Shown: positions 1 through 10,745, counted from the stretch's first letter. The stretch is 64,000 bases of DNA from Cyanophora paradoxa CCMP329 (GCA_004431415.1 QPMI01000162.1:62001-126000), one strand, 5' to 3'. The notes: generated by a model from the sequence alone, not told the origin. Translations and numbers: made by a program.

Positions 1-1940
1 CCCGTGGCCGCCGTAGGAAGAGCGCGCTGTGGCCTGGTCCAGCTGGCGCAGCAGCGAGGCACGCAACGTGTCTGTCGTGTACTGCGCGCGCTTCTTTGCG
101 TCCAGCTGGTGCGTAGCCTCGGCGTACGTCTTTTCCCACAGCGCGGTGTAGGCCTCGCGGGCCGTCGGGTTCTGGTAAACGCGAGACGCGTCGCGGACGT
201 GCTCGTCGTACCCGGCCTCTTCGGCGCCCTTGGGCGGCGTCGGCGGGCGGCCCTTTCCCTTCCTGGGGCTGCGGCGACTGTCCCGGCGGCGGTCGCGCGA
301 CCGGGAACGCGATCGTGAACGCGTTCGGCTGCGACGGTCCCGCGAGCTGCGGCGCGGGCTGCGGCTCGAACGGTCCCGGGAGGGGCTGCGCCGGGAGCGC
401 GAGGGGCTCCTGCGGTCGTGGCGGCTTCGCGAGCTGCTCCGGCGGCGCTCAGGGAGCGGTGCGGCTGCGACGGTCGTCGCGGTCGCGGGACCGGCTGCGC
501 CGGGAGTACTTCGATTGGGCCCGGAGGAGCGGGCCGGCGAGCGTGAGCGGCGCTTTGAGGGTGCCCGTGAGGACTCCCTGTCGCGTTCACGGGTCGCCGG
601 CGGGCCGTAGTCTGGCTCGTGCTACTGCGCGGCGAGCGTTGGCCTTCTGTGACCGAGGCCGATCAGGCGTGCGCCGGGCGCGGCGGGCCATCGGCGTCTG
701 CTCGCGTGGGGAGGGGACCGCGGCGGTGCTGCGGAACAGGCGGTGTGGTCGGGGAGGCTGCCCGGACTGCCACTGCCCGGACTGCCACTGCTGTCCTGGC
801 GGCCCGGGGGCCAGGGCTGGGGCCGGGCTGCCAGGCTGACCCTGGAACCCTGGTTGGGCCGCCACCCTGGTAACCTCCGGACCCTGCCAGCCGCCACGGC
901 CGCGCCAGCCGCCGCCACGCCAGCCGCCGCCACCGCCGCGCCAGCCGCCACGGCCGCGCGAGTCGCCTCCGCCTCGGCCGCCACGGCCACCATGCCACCG
1001 TGGGCGCAGCGTGGGCGGGGTCTGTCCGGCCTGCTGAGGGGCGCTCGAGCTCGAGGCCGCAGCCGGGGCAACGGCCTGTGCTTCCGCGGGGGCGGGGCCC
1101 TCGTTTTCGAGCGGCGTGACGCCCGTCTTTGCATCATCGACCAGTGCCGGCGGGGGAACGAAGTGTGTCCCCGCCCACGAGGTGCGCACGTCGGCGTCGT
1201 AGATCGGCTGATACGGCGTGCGGACCAGGTGGGCCTCGTCAGGGCTTTGCGCCTTGCCGCGCAGCTTCATGACCGGAGCGGCGTTCTTCTGCGTGGTGAC
1301 GGCGTCCCACATGAGCGCTGGTGAGAGAGCGTCGTTCTCCCATTCCGGGGACTTCAGGGCCTCCCAGTCGATCCTCGAGTCGCCGACGTGCCCAATCACA
1401 TGCACGTACTCGGCGTACAGAGTGCGCAGGATTCCCTCGAAGTTCTCTCTCACGCCGAAGGCTGTGCCCGTGAACACGAAGCCGTGGGGAAATTCTCGGG
1501 TGGCTCCAGAGCTCATTGGCGGCTCGAGCGGCCTCGGTGTCGGGGAGCACAGTCGGCTTCCAGGTGCCGGCGACCTTGGTCACTGGCCAGTGATCCTCCT
1601 CGCCAGCCATAGGCGGGGAGGCAAGCTCGAGGCGCTGGTACCCGAGTCCCTGCGGCGTCTGAGCGAGGTAGTCGCGCAGGGCGCTCGCTACGACGCCCTC
1701 GTGCGTCGAGCGGTCCGTCGCCCGCTTCAGGTGGTACTCCAGAACGTCACAGAGCGTCTCGCTCTGGACCGCGTTGAGCGGCGCCCGGCCGTCCTTCCGG
1801 CGCGGCAGCAGCGGGATCCCGGAGTGCTGGTGGCCCTGGAGAACGGCCAGGAGGATGCGCGAGCAGATGGCCAGGCGGCCCTCGTAGTCGGGTACTACTT
1901 TACCCTGCTCGTACTTCCAAGCAAGCGTCGGCGCCCATCG
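1..1940 (-). pseudogene. Frameshifted C-terminal continuation of the giant ORF (RGG box, RS-rich domain)
   Basis: Successive open frames: ~1940-1500 (APTLAWKYEQGKVVPDYEGRLAICSRILL), 1500-~620 (REFPHGFVFTG...RGGRGGGDSRGRGGWRGG) and 621-1 (RSRSRSRDRRRDSRRSPRK...EAYTALWEKTY, open to the window edge). Confidence 0.6.
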
Positions 1941-4900
1941 GCGTACGTCGGGCGTGCATCGCGGGCTCCCTTTTCCTTGTCGGGTTTGGACGGCGGCGGT
2001 GTGAGGAAGGCCCTGTGCAGAAATCGCACGAGGCCGTCGGGCACGACGCAGCGGTATGAGTTCAGAATGGCGTTTGTGTCCTCGTCGAGCGAGGCCACAT
2101 TCGCGATGTATCGCTCAACAACCTCGTCGCTGTCCTCGATGACCATCGGCGTGACAGAGAAGTCATCGGACCAAGGCTGGCTGCCGAGCGCCTTGCCTGG
2201 CGCGTAAGCCTGGAAGCACCGGTGCTGCCACGCGACGGTGAAGCCGGCGAGGGTGCACGCGAGGTCTTCCTCCGCCGGGATCGGGGCCCATGCGAGGGCG
2301 GACGAGGTGGCCCCCGCAGACAGCTCGTAGCCAAAGGCGTTGACGAGGGGAGGATGGGCCTTGCTGCGCTTCGGCGCGCGAGCTAGCTTCCCCATCATGC
2401 CACCCAGCCCGAGCGCTTGGTTGGTTGCCTGGTGCCGAGCATTTGTCTTTGCGTCGGCATCGTGCAGCTTCCCAAGCACTGCAGTGCCCGCGACGATGCG
2501 CGGCGCATAGGTGCGGACTACTTCGAAGCGCTCACTGTCGCTGCTCTGGGCAGTGCGCTTGTCGCAGAGCGGGCGGTGGAGATCGAGGATAACGGTCTCG
2601 CGCGCGTAACGCGTGCCGAACGGCGACGCTGCAGACTCGACTCGCGTGTCCGCGAGGTTGTTGTTGAGGACCGCCGTATACGGGGAGGGGTTCATGTCGT
2701 CCTGGATATACGGCGGGCTTTCATCGCCGGGGTCATCCGCGAAGAAAACGGTGTACAACACGCGCGCCGTCTGGGCGAGCGCGGAGCTCATGGCGGCGTG
2801 CGCCGTTCCCTCATGCGAAATGTCCCACGGGCCTAGGTACGAGGGCACCATGGACTGCGCGGAGCGCGTGCCGACCGCCAGGTACTGCGCAACGTCCGGG
2901 TCGACGCCGCACATGACGTGCGCGAACGCCAGACCCTGGATATCAAACAGCCGGCTCTCCCTCAGGGGCAGCATCGGCGGGCCTACTGCCGCGAAAAAGT
3001 TCGTGATGCCGCGGGCAGCGCTCCCGACACGCTTCAGGATAGTGGACGCAAACTCGCCCAGGTGCGTATCGAGGCCATGGATCGCGTCCCCGTAGCTCTC
3101 GTCCGTCTCAGTCTCCGGGCGCCACTGCAGCGGGTAGCTGATCGCAGGCAGGGCCGCCCAGTCGAGGACCGAGCTATCGAAGCAGCCGAGAGGGCGGAAA
3201 AACGAGCTCGTCTCAGACAGATACTGCTCGAGCAACGTGTGGTCGTTTAGATAAGTCTGATCCGTGAGAGAGAACACCGGGCGAGGCTTCCACTTCGGGT
3301 GAGGTGCGAAAGCGGCGCCGGCGTGGAGCCGAGCGACTTCGCCCTCCGCGCCCTCGTCGGGGCGGAGGTCCTCGCCCTCGGGAAGATCGACAAGGAAGGG
3401 GTGCAAGGGCGGGTCGGGCTCGTCGGTGTCAGCACCGGCGAGGCGGGCTTCGTCCACCGCGTAAGCTTTCGGGCGACGCAGCATCTTCAAGATGGAGTCG
3501 CGCATCGCGACCCACTCTGCCGTCGCAGCGACCTCGAAGGTGCTGGCCCGCGACGCAAGGCGCAGGTACTTACGAGCCCACCTCAGCCCCTTCGGCAGCT
3601 CCAGAGCTGCTCGGGCCGCCGACGGGGCTTCTGCGGCCGGGGCCTCATCGAGGAGCAGCGCGTGAGCCTGCAGAAGGTAGCGCGCGACGCTCGACGGGAT
3701 GACGACCGCGTTCGGATTGAAGCGATTCTCGTGCACCCAGGCCGGCGTGCGCGGCTGCGGGATGCGCCAGCGAGCCGTGAGGTACCACTCGACATCTTCC
3801 TGCGCCCACTCATGGAGGCTGGTCGGCAAGCCGTCGGTCAGGGGAGTGATTTCAGAAACCAGACCCAGGCCGAGCATGAGCAGCTCGAGAGCCGCAGCGT
3901 TCTCGCGGGCGATCCGAATGGAGCTCGGCGCGCGGCGGGCCGGGAGGCCGGCCAGCGGCACGACAGTGGGGAGCGGGTTGTCCGCGCGCTCGTACGGCTG
4001 CGCGCCGCACTCGTCGATGAGGAACTGCTTCAGGTGGGGAATGCGGAGGGTTTCGAGCGTTCCCTTGACGGCCGACTGCGGGAGCCCCCAGCGGGCCGCG
4101 AGGGTCCTGCGCTGGTTCGGCTGCCACTGGTCCAGGGGCGTGTTCCGGTTGTGCGCCGAGACCTTAGGCACGACGAGGGCACCGCCGATGACCCCCAGCG
4201 CTTCGTACAGGGCGTACTGGGCGGGATCGTCAGCGTCGGGTGTCCCGGTCGGCTCAGGCTGGGGCGCGGGTGGCTTGGGCTCGCTGGGGCCCTCGCCGCC
4301 GCCTTCCCCCTCATCGCGCTTCTCCGACATGGGCACATCACCCTCTTTGTCCTTCTGGGGCTCCTGGCCCTGGGCGCCCTTGCGGCCCCGCCCCTGGCCC
4401 CGCCGGCCGCCTCCGCGGCCCTGACCCTTTGCACCCCCGGCTGCGTTCTGCCGCGGCTGCCCGCCAGCCAGCAAGCCAGGTTCATGCGCAGGGCGGGGAG
4501 CGGGCGGCGCCGTCCGCGGTGGCGAGAGGCGACCGCCGGGCAGGATCGCCGGCTCGGGCGCAGCCGTCTGCGGCACTAACGCAGCCGCAGCCTGCAGCGT
4601 GAGCCCGATGGCCTTCACGGTGGCCTGGCCGTCGAGAGCGCGGGCGTGCGCCTCGCGATCGAGCTTCGAGGCGACCGGGGTCGTCGTCGGGCAGCTCGGA
4701 TCTAAGCGCCACTTCTCTGCGAACGCGATGAGCTGGTCGACCTCCTCGTCGCTCAGACCGCCGCTCTTCCGCTTGAGGCGGCGGTACAGAAGGATGAGGT
4801 GTGCGCGCGAGTGGGGCGGAGTGCCCTCAATGTACTTGATGAGGCGGGCGCTGCCGGCACTCCCCGTCACAGTCTTAATGTGGACGAGGCTCTTCAGGGT

Positions 4901-7564
4901 CTCCAAGGGCTCGGTGGGCCCCAGGGGGCTCAGGATCGAGACCTCCTCCGGGATGATAGTGGGCTGACGCCCAGCATCCTTGTCGGCGTGCAAGGTCAGC
5001 TGCGTGCCCCGCGTCGCCGGCCGCACGTGCACGAGCCCCAGGTACCAGCCCGTCGGGACTGGCGCCTTGGAGTCGCTAGGGGCCGGCGGGCGGTGACCCA
5101 GCAGCGCGTAGAGCCAGGCGGTGCACAGCGGAAGGTCGCGAAGCGCGAGGATGCGCTCGGCGGCGAGGCCCTCGCCGACCGACATCCGCTCGACGACGCA
5201 GGCGTCACTGAGCCGGCTGTAGTCCGGGGCGCGCCCCTTGCGGTACGCCTCATGGCGCTCGTGAGCGGCCCTGGCCAGCCAGCCCCCAGTGTCCTTCACC
5301 GAGTGGAGCACCTTCGCTGACGGAACCGGCAGCTCGAGCGAGAGCGCCGCGGTCGTGAGCAGGTGCACCGCAGTCGTGAAGTCAAAGTCCGAGGGGGCAG
5401 GCACGGCCTCGCTCGCGAGGAGAGCGGCACACTTATGCAGGTCGAGGCGACCGGTGTGGCCCCCGAAGCTTCCCGCAGTTTTCCAGCGAGCCCAGTGCTC
5501 GAGGAGGACGAGCGCGAGCCCGTAGGCGTCCGTGTGCTCGTCAACCATGAGCGGGGCCGCGAAGTCGAAGTACCGCTGGAGAATTTTCTCGGCGGCCTTA
5601 GACGACCCCGGGGCACCGTAGTCGAGGCGGTGCAGGTAATAACCGGCGACGCAGGCCGCAGCTGCCAGCCGCAGGCGGGTCTGGTCGGAAACCAACTGGC
5701 CACGACCCAGGCGCGCCGATCCCATCAGCTGCATCTCGTGCGGCGCGAGTGCGAGGGCGATCGGGGACTGCGAGCCGACGCTCTCGTGGCCCCGGTAACC
5801 CTCGAGCCAGCCCGCGATTGCTATCTCGCCCGGCCTAAGCTTCTGGAGGTCCGGTTCCACCTCCGGCTTGCCGAAGGCGGTCAGGCCCTTCGTGGGCCAC
5901 GGCCTCCCCTTGGCAACGCGCTGGGCGTGAAGGCCGACCTGCCGTACCAGGTGCATCGTGCTGAGGTAGCGCGTCGGCCAGGCGTGCGCCAGCAGGTCGC
6001 GCGAGGCGCTGCTGTGCCCCAGCATGTGCAAGAAAGCCGTCGGCAGGGTCGGGGAATCGGTATACACACTCTCATCCGCAAACGGCTGCGTGAGCGCCGA
6101 GAGCAGGAAGGAGAAAGCCTGGCGAGTGCGGCCAGGGCAGCGGAACGCGGTAGCGTACCACTGCACCTCCGGCTGCTCGACCAGGCCCTCGAGGCAGTAC
6201 GTCACACAGTGGCTGAGGCGAGGGTTCGGGTACACGAAACCCTCGCGCCCTAGTTCCACGGGAGCGGCACCCTTCAGCTTGTGCCCCTGAACATCCCAGA
6301 GGATGGCCGGGCCCAGCTCGGCCTCGCGGCCGGGCTCCTCCATGAGATTTAGGGCGCCGAAGTGTGCTACAGTGAACCCAGCGCGCGCAAGGTAAGCGCG
6401 GTTGGTGCGGATGCACTCCTTAGAGGCGGCCTCGCGATCCTCCTCGGCCGCCGAAGCGCCGTCGTCCGTGACCGAGAGGCTCGCAACGGTCTCAGCGCCC
6501 GACGAGTACTCCAGGCAAGGGCCAACCCCGGCGGCGGGGTCGACGTCGCCCTTGACGCAGGTGGCCGCCACGGCGGACTCCGGGCTGCCAATTGCCAGTG
6601 CGTCAGCATCCCCGCCCGAGCTCGCCGGCTGCAGAGCAGCAACATCAGAACCCTTCGCTTCTGCGTCAGCGCCCTCAACCTCCGTTGGGTCCGGGGCGGC
6701 CGCAGACTCGAGGGCAAAGGTGCCCAGGTCGGCGGCGTTCATGATGTCGGCAAATGAGCTCAGGCCGGCGGAGAGCCCAGGGCCGATGCCGGCCGCGATC
6801 GGCTCGGTCACGGTCTTTTCCGTCTCAGCGAGGCCCGACTCCGGGCGGGCCCGCATGTCGATCACGGTTTCCTCCTCCGGGCAAAGGTCCGGCCGCGCAG
6901 CCGAGATAATCTGCACGAGGCCGATCGCGAACGCCGTTGCGGCTGCGGCGCAGGTGCTCAGGCTCTCATCCTTGTGCAGGGCTGCGGCATGCTCCGTAGT
7001 GACGGCGCTGAAGCGCTCGAAGGCGCGCGCAAGCTCGAGACCGGTGCTCGCGCTGGTGCGGTCGATTTTGACGCGGAATACGCGGCGCTCTTTGCCGAGC
7101 TCCGCGGGCGCAGGAGCCGCAGTCGGGCCGGAGCCGGGGCTCGCGGCCGGTGTTGACGGGCTGCCCAGAAGGCTCGGGCCTCCGCGGACGGCCTCCGAGA
7201 GGATGGCGCGCGCGATCGCGAAGGTCGCGGCCTCGCTCGCGGGGCTCGTCGCCGGCGCAGAGGCGAGGGCTTCCTTGTGCTCAGCGAACGCGCGGCGGAC
7301 GGCGATCCCAACCTCGCTCGCGATCTTGGAGTCGATCGCGGGGCAGTTAGCCTGGCGGTGCCCCGGCTTTCCGCACCCGTAGCAGACGGGGGGCCCGTTG
7401 CCGGACGGCGGGGCGGGGCTGAAGTTCCCACCCTGAGGGCGGCGCTTGGCCTCGCCTCCGAACCCGCCGGCGCGGCGCTTGTTGGGGTTGATCACCGCCC
7501 AATCGGGCAGCGGCGTCGGCTCACGTCGCACTCGAACTTCCAGTGGCGCTTGCCGCAGTGGCAC
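1895..7564 (-). CDS. 1889-aa continuation of the gag-like polyprotein (CX2CX4HX4C knuckle, then unknown domains)
   Basis: Uninterrupted frame containing CYGCGKPGHRQANC near its start and a GRGGGRRGQGRGRK segment. It overlaps ORF1 by 73 nt, and one extra G at ~7522 would fuse the two. Confidence 0.7.
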   Translation of the reverse strand: MPLRQAPLEVRVRREPTPLPDWAVINPNKRRAGGFGGEAKRRPQGGNFSPAPPSGNGPPVCYGCGKPGHRQANCPAIDSKIASEVGIAVRRAFAEHKEALASAPATSPASEAATFAIARAILSEAVRGGPSLLGSPSTPAASPGSGPTAAPAPAELGKERRVFRVKIDRTSASTGLELARAFERFSAVTTEHAAALHKDESLSTCAAAATAFAIGLVQIISAARPDLCPEEETVIDMRARPESGLAETEKTVTEPIAAGIGPGLSAGLSSFADIMNAADLGTFALESAAAPDPTEVEGADAEAKGSDVAALQPASSGGDADALAIGSPESAVAATCVKGDVDPAAGVGPCLEYSSGAETVASLSVTDDGASAAEEDREAASKECIRTNRAYLARAGFTVAHFGALNLMEEPGREAELGPAILWDVQGHKLKGAAPVELGREGFVYPNPRLSHCVTYCLEGLVEQPEVQWYATAFRCPGRTRQAFSFLLSALTQPFADESVYTDSPTLPTAFLHMLGHSSASRDLLAHAWPTRYLSTMHLVRQVGLHAQRVAKGRPWPTKGLTAFGKPEVEPDLQKLRPGEIAIAGWLEGYRGHESVGSQSPIALALAPHEMQLMGSARLGRGQLVSDQTRLRLAAAACVAGYYLHRLDYGAPGSSKAAEKILQRYFDFAAPLMVDEHTDAYGLALVLLEHWARWKTAGSFGGHTGRLDLHKCAALLASEAVPAPSDFDFTTAVHLLTTAALSLELPVPSAKVLHSVKDTGGWLARAAHERHEAYRKGRAPDYSRLSDACVVERMSVGEGLAAERILALRDLPLCTAWLYALLGHRPPAPSDSKAPVPTGWYLGLVHVRPATRGTQLTLHADKDAGRQPTIIPEEVSILSPLGPTEPLETLKSLVHIKTVTGSAGSARLIKYIEGTPPHSRAHLILLYRRLKRKSGGLSDEEVDQLIAFAEKWRLDPSCPTTTPVASKLDREAHARALDGQATVKAIGLTLQAAAALVPQTAAPEPAILPGGRLSPPRTAPPAPRPAHEPGLLAGGQPRQNAAGGAKGQGRGGGRRGQGRGRKGAQGQEPQKDKEGDVPMSEKRDEGEGGGEGPSEPKPPAPQPEPTGTPDADDPAQYALYEALGVIGGALVVPKVSAHNRNTPLDQWQPNQRRTLAARWGLPQSAVKGTLETLRIPHLKQFLIDECGAQPYERADNPLPTVVPLAGLPARRAPSSIRIARENAAALELLMLGLGLVSEITPLTDGLPTSLHEWAQEDVEWYLTARWRIPQPRTPAWVHENRFNPNAVVIPSSVARYLLQAHALLLDEAPAAEAPSAARAALELPKGLRWARKYLRLASRASTFEVAATAEWVAMRDSILKMLRRPKAYAVDEARLAGADTDEPDPPLHPFLVDLPEGEDLRPDEGAEGEVARLHAGAAFAPHPKWKPRPVFSLTDQTYLNDHTLLEQYLSETSSFFRPLGCFDSSVLDWAALPAISYPLQWRPETETDESYGDAIHGLDTHLGEFASTILKRVGSAARGITNFFAAVGPPMLPLRESRLFDIQGLAFAHVMCGVDPDVAQYLAVGTRSAQSMVPSYLGPWDISHEGTAHAAMSSALAQTARVLYTVFFADDPGDESPPYIQDDMNPSPYTAVLNNNLADTRVESAASPFGTRYARETVILDLHRPLCDKRTAQSSDSERFEVVRTYAPRIVAGTAVLGKLHDADAKTNARHQATNQALGLGGMMGKLARAPKRSKAHPPLVNAFGYELSAGATSSALAWAPIPAEEDLACTLAGFTVAWQHRCFQAYAPGKALGSQPWSDDFSVTPMVIEDSDEVVERYIANVASLDEDTNAILNSYRCVVPDGLVRFLHRAFLTPPPSKPDKEKGARDARPTYADGRRRLLGSTSRVK

Positions 7565-8898
7565 GGGTTGCGCGGCTGAGCCGGCAGACCGCGCTCGCGC
7601 AGGAATTCGGTGATCTTCTGGCGGTATACCGGGTCGTCGGGCCGCGGCGGCGGCGCGGAGGAGGACGGGTAGATCGCGCGGATCACCACGTCAACTTCCT
7701 CATCGTCGCCCGCGAATGCGTACCGGCAGAACATCACGAGTTCCTCCGTCTGCGCGTCGTCCGCGACGCCGTCATCGTACCCGCCGTCGTACGCCTCATG
7801 CGTGTGCACTCGCATCACGCGCGCGTCCTTCGATGCGCGGCTACCGGGCGGGACGACGGGGACGGCTGGCGGCGCAGCGTGCATGGCCGCGCGCTGCAGG
7901 GACTGCATAGCGCTCGGGGCCGGGGTCGGCGCCGCGCTTGGCAGCGCGCTGCGTTTGACGACGTACGCTGAGCCCGGCACGTTCGAGATATCCGTGTCCC
8001 ATGCGCCGAGCTCGCGGCAGCGTTTGCGTACGTAGTTGACGAGGGCAACCTCGTCTTTCAACAAGCCCTCGCGCACGCGCTGCGCAAGTTCGGCCTGCAC
8101 TACTGTCAAGACCTCGAGGTTCTTGAGCATGCGGCGCCGGTCTTTCTCCGACAGGTCCTTCACGTCATCGAATTCGCGGTACGCGCCGCGATTCCGGCGT
8201 GCGATCATGTCGCCGAGCTGGCGGACCAGCGCCGAGAGAGGATTCTCAAGGAGCTGGCGCGCATCCGGGTGCATGCACAAGCGGCAGGTGCGGCGGACGC
8301 ACGCCTCGGGGTTCTCGCCTAGATAGGGCAGGCGCAGAACTTCCTTTAGGTCATCCGGGTTGCGCTCGCCCGAGTCGGACTCCAGGCGGGCGCGGATCGC
8401 GGCGAAGGTGGTCTCGCGCTTAGACGCCACGATGGCCTCTTCGATTTCTGCGATCTGCTCGCCGAGCCCTTCGAGCAGCATGAGCTCGTGCTCATTGGCA
8501 GCGCCCAGCCGTTCCTTTTCGGCCTTTTCGCTCTTCAGTTTCGCCAGCTCGCTCTTGCGCGCGCGCTGGCCGGCGTGGAAGAGCTCGATCTCGCTCCGCA
8601 CGCTGTGCGCGGGGTCGAGAGTCTGTACGAGCGCGAGGCCAGTGTTCTGCTGCTGGCTATCGCCTGCATCTTCGGCCAGATTCAGGATGTTCCGGCTAAG
8701 TGCGGCGGCCGCCTCAAAGGCCGCGAGGTGATCCTCGACGGTCTGGCGGTCGGCGCCTGGCTGCAGCGGCGGAATCCGACGCAGCATCTCTAGCGCATTC
8801 GTCGGAATGCCGCTTAGAGTGCTCGGCTCTGCCGTGAAAGGCGCCAAGTTCGCCATCCGGATGTGGTACTCCGCGGAAGCTCCGGTGCCGGAGGACAT
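7492..8898 (-). CDS. Gag-like ORF1 with coiled coil and C-terminal Cys/His knuckle
   Basis: First ATG at 8898 (MSSGTGASAEY). Coiled-coil-like stretch (RARKSELAKLKSEKAEKERL). Ends with CHCGKRHWKFEC. Confidence 0.65.
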   Translation of the reverse strand: MSSGTGASAEYHIRMANLAPFTAEPSTLSGIPTNALEMLRRIPPLQPGADRQTVEDHLAAFEAAAALSRNILNLAEDAGDSQQQNTGLALVQTLDPAHSVRSEIELFHAGQRARKSELAKLKSEKAEKERLGAANEHELMLLEGLGEQIAEIEEAIVASKRETTFAAIRARLESDSGERNPDDLKEVLRLPYLGENPEACVRRTCRLCMHPDARQLLENPLSALVRQLGDMIARRNRGAYREFDDVKDLSEKDRRRMLKNLEVLTVVQAELAQRVREGLLKDEVALVNYVRKRCRELGAWDTDISNVPGSAYVVKRSALPSAAPTPAPSAMQSLQRAAMHAAPPAVPVVPPGSRASKDARVMRVHTHEAYDGGYDDGVADDAQTEELVMFCRYAFAGDDEEVDVVIRAIYPSSSAPPPRPDDPVYRQKITEFLRERGLPAQPRNPCHCGKRHWKFECDVSRRRCPIGR

Positions 8899-9665
8899 TC
8901 TTTTCACGAAAAGCTCGCGGCGTAAAGCCAAGCTTATCGATCAGAATGTCCGCGATCCGGCTCCTCTGAGGTCCGCGGTCGCGCGACGAGGCTTCTCGAA
9001 GCCAAGTCGCCGATGTCCTCTGATCAAGCACGCCCTCTCAGGAAGACAGGCTCACGACAAGATCGTAGAGCACTGCTTCGGGCGGCTAGCGATGCAACGG
9101 CGATCCGAGCAGTCTGCCTCGGTCCCGGTTCGCTTTTCGATTCTCTCCGTCGCTCGGTGCCGAGAGCAACCGAGGTGAGCGAAGCTCACGTCGCACGAAA
9201 CCGGAGCGATCTGCCCCCGGCTCGTGTTTGCGCTCTACTTGCGAGAGCAGCACGCCCCAGTTCGTCAACCTGCTCGCTCAGCCTTTGCGGGCACGGGCGG
9301 GGAGCGTCCGCACGCTCCTCGACCTCTTTCGAGGTTCTCCCGTGCGCCGGCTGAGCTGCGGGTGCTGGATTGGGCTGGTTGCTGAGGATGGTCGCTGAAG
9401 ATCGCTGGTTCGTGCTCCGTAGGCACGTGGCGCCTGTCGGATGGGAAGAAGCCCACCCGGTACGCCCTGCGCGGTCTAGCGCAGGCGGTGGTGATAGCAG
9501 GAAGCACAAGTGGTCTATTCACAAGTGTACCCGTACAGGGACGGCGTACCCCTCAGATGGGGCCGCGCCCGGCGCTAAGTCACAACACAGAGAGCACTAC
9601 AAGCTAGAAGCTTACTAGCGCTAGACTAAGGCTAGAGGCTAACCATAGACTACCAGCTAGCCTAG

Positions 9666-10745
9666 TCCGAGGGCATCGCGGCATGCGACAGTGGGCTCGA
9701 TCCCACCCGATATGTCGACGACATTTTTCTCATCGGGCGGGCCGGCACCGGCGAGTGCCGGCGGTACATCGACGTGCTGCTCGAGGTCTGCGCGGACCTT
9801 GGTATCCCTCTGGCCCCGCATAAGCTAGAAGGACCCGGCACCCGCCTCACCTTCCTCGGCATCGAGCTTGACAGCCTCGCGATGGTGGCCCGCCTCTCCC
9901 CGGAGCGGCTCGCTGATCTCAAGGCGAAGCTCGCGGAGTGGGCCACTCGCAGCCATGCCTCAGCCGGCCAGCTCCGCTCCCTCGCCGGCTCCCTCGTCTC
10001 GGCCGTGCCCGTCGTCCCCGCGGGGCGCTTTTTCCTTCGGCGGGTCGTGGCGCAGCTCGCCACTCTACGGGCCAATCACCATCGCGCCCGGCTTCATGCC
10101 GGCTTTCATGCTGACCTCGCCTGGTGGCGGGACCTCCTCCAGCGGCTGCACGGAGTCCGGCTCATCCCTACGTCTGACTGGCAATCGGCCAAGGTGCTGC
10201 GAATCCAGACCGACGCCAGCAACCTCGGCTTCGGCGCAGTTTTCGGCAGCTCGTGGACCTTCGGATCTTGGCCAGAGGGCACGACTCGCAGCATGCCCTG
10301 GCGCGAGCTGATGGCCCTCGTTATCGCAGCGGCGACCTGGGGCCCCAGCTGGCAGCAGCAGCGAATTATTTTTGAAACCGACTGTAAACCTGTCTTCCAT
10401 GCCCTCTCCGGCGGCCGCATTTCGCAGCCGGCCCTCGCTCCCCTCCTCCGCTCCCTCTACCGCCTTTCCGCCCTCCACCATTTCGAGTTTCGCGCTGTAC
10501 ACGTCCCGGGCCTCGAGAACACGCTCGCCGACCCGCTCTCTCGCCTACAGATCAGCGTTTTCAAGGAGCGGCTCCCATCTGCGGATTCCTCGCCGACTCC
10601 CCCTCAGTGGCCCGAGACCCAGGGCTCGCTGCCACCGCCACCTTCTCCTCCTCGAGCTCACGCACCGTCTGCCGCCTCCGCTTCTCAATCAGGCCAGCTG
10701 CAGGCCCCGCCGGGGCGCGGGCCAGTCTCGAGCCCGCCCCTCTAG
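9666..10745 (+). pseudogene. 5'-truncated reverse transcriptase / RNase H (DIRS-type)
   Basis: In frame: YVDDIF at 9711, LGIPLAPHKLEGPGTRLTFLGIELDS, and RNase H motifs IQTDAS, WRELMAL, ETDC and HVPGLENTLADPLSR. An in-frame TAG at 9663 lies 16 codons before YVDD. Confidence 0.9.

Larger units (their letters stand above)
1..9665 (-). mobile_element. Large intronless gag-like retroelement (5' part; runs off left edge of window)
   Basis: About 9 kb of intron-free coding DNA in an intron-dense genome. It carries two zinc knuckles and is joined abruptly (~9663-9668) to the middle of another element's RT. No RT, integrase or recombinase motif was seen within the window, so the class is not assigned. 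Confidence 0.75.

Noticed and set aside
1218-8793. Many plus-strand ORFs of 100-430 aa
   Set aside because: Antisense shadows of the GC-rich minus-strand ORFs.
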